Origin: Callorhinchus milii
Taxonomy: Eukaryota
Assembly (NCBI RefSeq): GCF_018977255.1
Contig: NW_024704743.1
Coordinates: forward strand, 29,886,001-29,950,000
DNA: 64,000 nucleotides
Direction: 5' to 3'
The position numbers were made by a program, and so were the translations under genes. Positions 59,993 through 64,000 of this stretch are shown one piece after another. Position 1 is the stretch's first letter; each line of letters begins with the position of its first letter. The notes beneath the pieces were generated by a model. It saw nothing but the letters and a program-made list of their open reading frames with translations, was not told the origin of the DNA and made no database searches.

Positions 59993-61227
59993 GTTTGGAG
60001 GACATTGATGTTTAGGTTTTGTAGGAGATTGATGTGCGCAAATTGATTGCTGTGTTTGCCCACAATACACACAGTCACGTCACTTTACAAAATATCCTGT
60101 GCAGCGATCTGAGCATTCTCCCTGAGTGAAAGATGCAATATCAAATGTAAGGATTGTAATAACATTTAAAATTGTGTAGAATTACAGAAAATTATGTCTC
60201 AATTTTGAAGACGATTTCCTCACTTCTTAGAGATATGACTTCCAAATTAAGATTGAATGTAAAAATTTTCCACAATGCTTGTACGATCTAAAACTTATGG
60301 TCTTGCAAAATATGCTAAATGGAATTTCAGAACTGGGAATTCCAGTCTGCTCATCGGCAGGACTTAAGAGTGGAGGGGCAGACTGGAAACTTACCAGTTT
60401 AGGCTCTCGGTGGCAAGCTATGCGGTTTTAGCTGGTTAAAATCTAACAGTACCCCATTGCACACTTTGGGGTCTCCAACAATTGGCTGTCACCCACCTCC
60501 GCCTAATACCCTTCAGATTTAGGTAAGAAGGATGCACAGTTCCAAGGTCTGGACACAGAGAAATTTCTACGTGTAGGTGACATGCATATGTGGATTTTCC
60601 AGTCTGGTTTGAGTACTCAAGTATTGTGATGAATGTGTCTGACACTCGGCTGACCAAAAACCTCACTGTAAAGCGCTTCGAGATATCTAACTAAGATGCT
60701 ATGTAAGTGCATGTTGTTGTTACGCCTCTTCCGATGGTTCTCCTGATTCGTTCATGAATTAATGTGTTGTTAATATTAAACTTCACCCTGACCGGATGAG
60801 AGAGTTTCACCCTTTGACCTGGGAGGACACTGCACCTCTCTAGTAAAGCTTTATTTCAGCAATGGGTATACAAAACAAAGGACATTCAGCAATGATTGTC
60901 CAAACCCCTCAGTTACAGGTTGAGATGGAGATTAATAGTTCTCTGAAGCTGAGGATAGATGAAAACCTGAAGCTATCCTTTTCCATCTCTTCAATCCTGG
61001 CAGTTTTACTGTATTGAATGGGAAACATTATTTATACTTCTTGTTCTCTATCACTTGGGGCCCAAAAACTGAAATACCTAAGGCTGGAAAACCTACAAGG
61101 TTTTAGCCATAAAACTATTAGAAATTATGATTGTGCAGAATTTTCAAGTCTGCACTTCTGATTTTCTGCACTTGTGGACCTGGGCAATTGGTTCATTGAC
61201 CACATTCTGATTGTTTATACTGGAAAA

Positions 61228-61577
61228 TAATAATAATAATCCTTGCATTTGATATAGCATCTTATCACATCTTTGAGACGTCTCAAAGGGCTTCACAGAA
61301 TATACTGTAAAGTGATTTGACTGTATATTTTGTGGGCGAAATGCAGAAACCAATTGTGCACAGCAGTGTCCAAAAAACTGTTGTGAATTGAGTGACCATT
61401 TTTTTAAAAAAAGGAATTATTACTCCTCAGAAAATCTGCCAATCAACTGACAACCAGGGTCCTAGGTAAACAGAGGTGTTTGCAGTAAGGAAACTTGGCC
61501 AACGTTTCGTCCTGCCCAGGAATCAAACCCAGGTCTCTCGCTTGCAAGGCGAGTGTTCTTACCACTAAGCTACAGGT
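61228..61577 (-). mobile_element. Young SINE (long form)
   Basis: Head, internal segment and tail all recognisable. Confidence 0.87.
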
Positions 61578-62747
61578 CTCGACAAGTTAGCAAAGAGCAG
61601 TTAGCAAGCCAGGAACAATCTGTGTAAATTGGGGAGAGGGTTAAAAAAAGAATGGAGGGAGCAGAGAGAGTGGCAGATTGTGTAACAGGGCAACTGATTC
61701 TGTTTGTAGGCAAGATTTCATGGGTGAGAGACCACTGGAGATGAGTAACTGACACTATATCTTTCCATAGCAGCAAATACAATATACTGAACAGCAATTC
61801 CCAGCAGCAATCTTTCTGTGTGCATGAACAGCGAAAAGTGGACATTACATACGCGGGGCAAAGTCCCCAAATTGCTTGACTTTATTATTATTAATTATTA
61901 TTGGAAATATTCTTCACAAAATAGATAAAAACGATTCTTCCTTTTTACATCTATTTTTTCAAAAATAAACACAAGGATACTTCAAACCCTTAGCAGAGAG
62001 TAAAACGTTCACAAGCAAAATGCTTCAGCACAATGGCTACAGATATTATTTTTAAATTTCTGGCAAAGTTGGGACACATTAGTCCAGGGTAACAGGAAGG
62101 TCATTTACAGTGTAATGTCAACATAAAGTGGAATTCAACTCACTGTCAAGATCAAATTATTCGGAAACAGTGGGGTCTAACACTGACGACGAACAAAAGA
62201 ATATCTTTCTCTAACTCTTTGAAATGGAATTCCAATTGTAAGACAAGAAAAAAATCACCAGTTGTAGCGATCAGCGTAAATGAGACAGACAGAGAGAGAA
62301 ATTCTACCTGGGTCTAGCTTTACTTGATTTACTTAGCATTTTAGAATACCAAGAATTTGATTTGGAAGCCAGTTTTCTGTAGTACTTAAAAGAAAATTAC
62401 ACAAAGCATCGTAAGAAAAATTACATGTTGAAGATCACATGACATTGTTTGAAAAGGGAGTTTCTCCCAGTGTCCTGGCCAACAATTCCCCCAAATAAAT
62501 AAAAGGTCATTTACTCCATGGCTATTTGTGGGACACTGATGTGAGCAAACTGACTGCTGTGTTTTGGTCACAAAATGCACAGTCAAAACCACTTCACAGT
62601 ATATCCTGTGAAGAACTTTGAGACGTCTGCACGATGTGATAAGGCGCTATATCAAATTCAAGGATTATTATTATTATTATGTACCACAAATTTCAAAGGT
62701 TTCCTTCAAAACATGATCAGGGTTTTGGCTCAATCCCGCCTTCTCAC

Positions 62748-62891
62748 CTGCCCCGTATTTCGGAATTTGCAGGCCAGAGCTCCAACAACAGCCAGATCCA
62801 CATCAGCACTGTCAAACACGATGAACGGAGCGAGTCCTCCTAACTCCATAGAGGCCTTCTTCACGGTGTTGGTGGTATGGCCCAGCAGGAT
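62748..62891 (-). CDS. ALDH5A1: ALDH5A1 exon containing the catalytic Glu; the gene continues beyond the right edge of the window
   Basis: [53 protein letters not shown] motif; 144 nt. Confidence 0.96.
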
Positions 62892-63097
62892 CTGAAAGGT
62901 GCAGATGCAGCTGGTTAACCTTATGAAACCACACGAGCAGTAACAGCTCACAGCAGACAGTCCAAAATACTGTATTAGAAAGATTCTGCTTCTTAAAAGC
63001 AACCCTATGGAGGAGCAGAAGATGGGCAGTCAAATCAGTAGTGCTGCGATTTTATGCCAATAATCAAATCAACATTCTAGCAACCTGTGAGTTCACA

Positions 63098-63752
63098 TTC
63101 ACAAATCTTTGAATGCTCAGGACAAGTTAATAAAGCTATTAAAAAAATCGTATGGGATCCTTGGCTTTATAAATAAAGGCATAGAGTACAAAAGCTAAAC
63201 CTTTATAAAATACTGGTTAGGCCTCAGCTGTCCAATTCTGGGCACCATACTTTGGGAAGGTTATCAAGGCCTTGGAGAGGGTGCAAAGGAGATTTACCAG
63301 AATGGTACCAATGATGAGGGACTTCCAATTATGTGGAGAGACTAGAGAAGATGGGATTTTTCTCCTTAGAGCAGAGAAGGTTAAGGCAGAGATTTAATAG
63401 AGGTGTTCAAAATTCTAAAGGGTTTTGATAGAGTAACTAAGTAGAAACTGTTTCCACTGGCGGGTGGGTCAGTAACCAGGGGTCATGGATTCAAGATAAT
63501 TCGCAAGAAAACCAGAGGGGCGATGAGGAGAATTTTTTTTATGCAGCGAGTTGTTAATCTCTGGAATGCAAAGAATAGTGAACATAGATTCGATAGATTT
63601 CAAAAGGAAATTGGATATGTACTTGAAAAGAAAAAATGTACAAGATTACAGGAAGGAGTGGGGGAGTGGGACTAATTGGGTTGCTTTTTCAAAGAGGCGG
63701 CACAGGCATGATGGGCCAATTGGCCTCCTTCTGAGCTGTAGGATTCTATGAA
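63098..63752 (+). mobile_element. CR1-clade LINE 3' fragment in an ALDH5A1 intron
   Basis: Degenerate match to the other CR1 ends (ggcatagagtacaaaag, ttggagagggtgcaaaggagatttacc, FKRKLDMYL); ttctatga terminus. Confidence 0.85.
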
Positions 63753-64000
63753 TCCCGTTCTCTTTTTCCCCATAAATCATATTAATATTCCTGGGATTTT
63801 ACCAATAGCGCCCAGCTCTCCCTAGACGTACTCAACAGTTGAGTGGCAGAAAATCACTTCTGTCTCAGACTCTTTGAAATGCAATCAAAAGGTCGCAGAA
63901 GTATCTATCCTTAAAAAATGGTCTCATCAGAAAATAAAACCCCATTTTCCCCACTCTACAAGTCCAGATTTCAGCTTGTCTGTTAAATCTTTAATCAAAG

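Overview
Vertebrate genomic DNA, most likely from a cartilaginous fish (chimaera/elephant-shark-like). The species is inferred from the CR1, L2 and DeuSINE-type repeat landscape and is not proven. The window holds two genes arranged tail to tail, as in the human 6p22 region. KIAA0319 is on the + strand, with 19 phase-consistent GT-AG coding exons from 14265 to 52827 (MANSC domain, linker, five PKD domains, EGF-like, transmembrane helix, YTIL cytoplasmic tail). It also has a candidate signal-peptide exon at 11585-11745 that carries an in-frame TAA. The last five exons of ALDH5A1 (SSADH) are on the - strand, 62891 to 55752. The introns are dense with retroelements: three CR1 3' fragments, one L2 with almost complete ORF2 plus many L2 ends, a decayed L1, a young tRNA-derived SINE in long and short forms, older DeuSINE-like copies, a hAT MITE with an 8-bp TSD, and an unassigned dispersed repeat. 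Exon numbers follow human KIAA0319 and ALDH5A1 by analogy, and repeat boundaries are approximate. I found no clearly new biological system. The best leads are the stop-interrupted first coding exon, the modular CORE-like/Deu-like SINE, inverted SINE pairs around exons, and templated insertions at L2 junctions.
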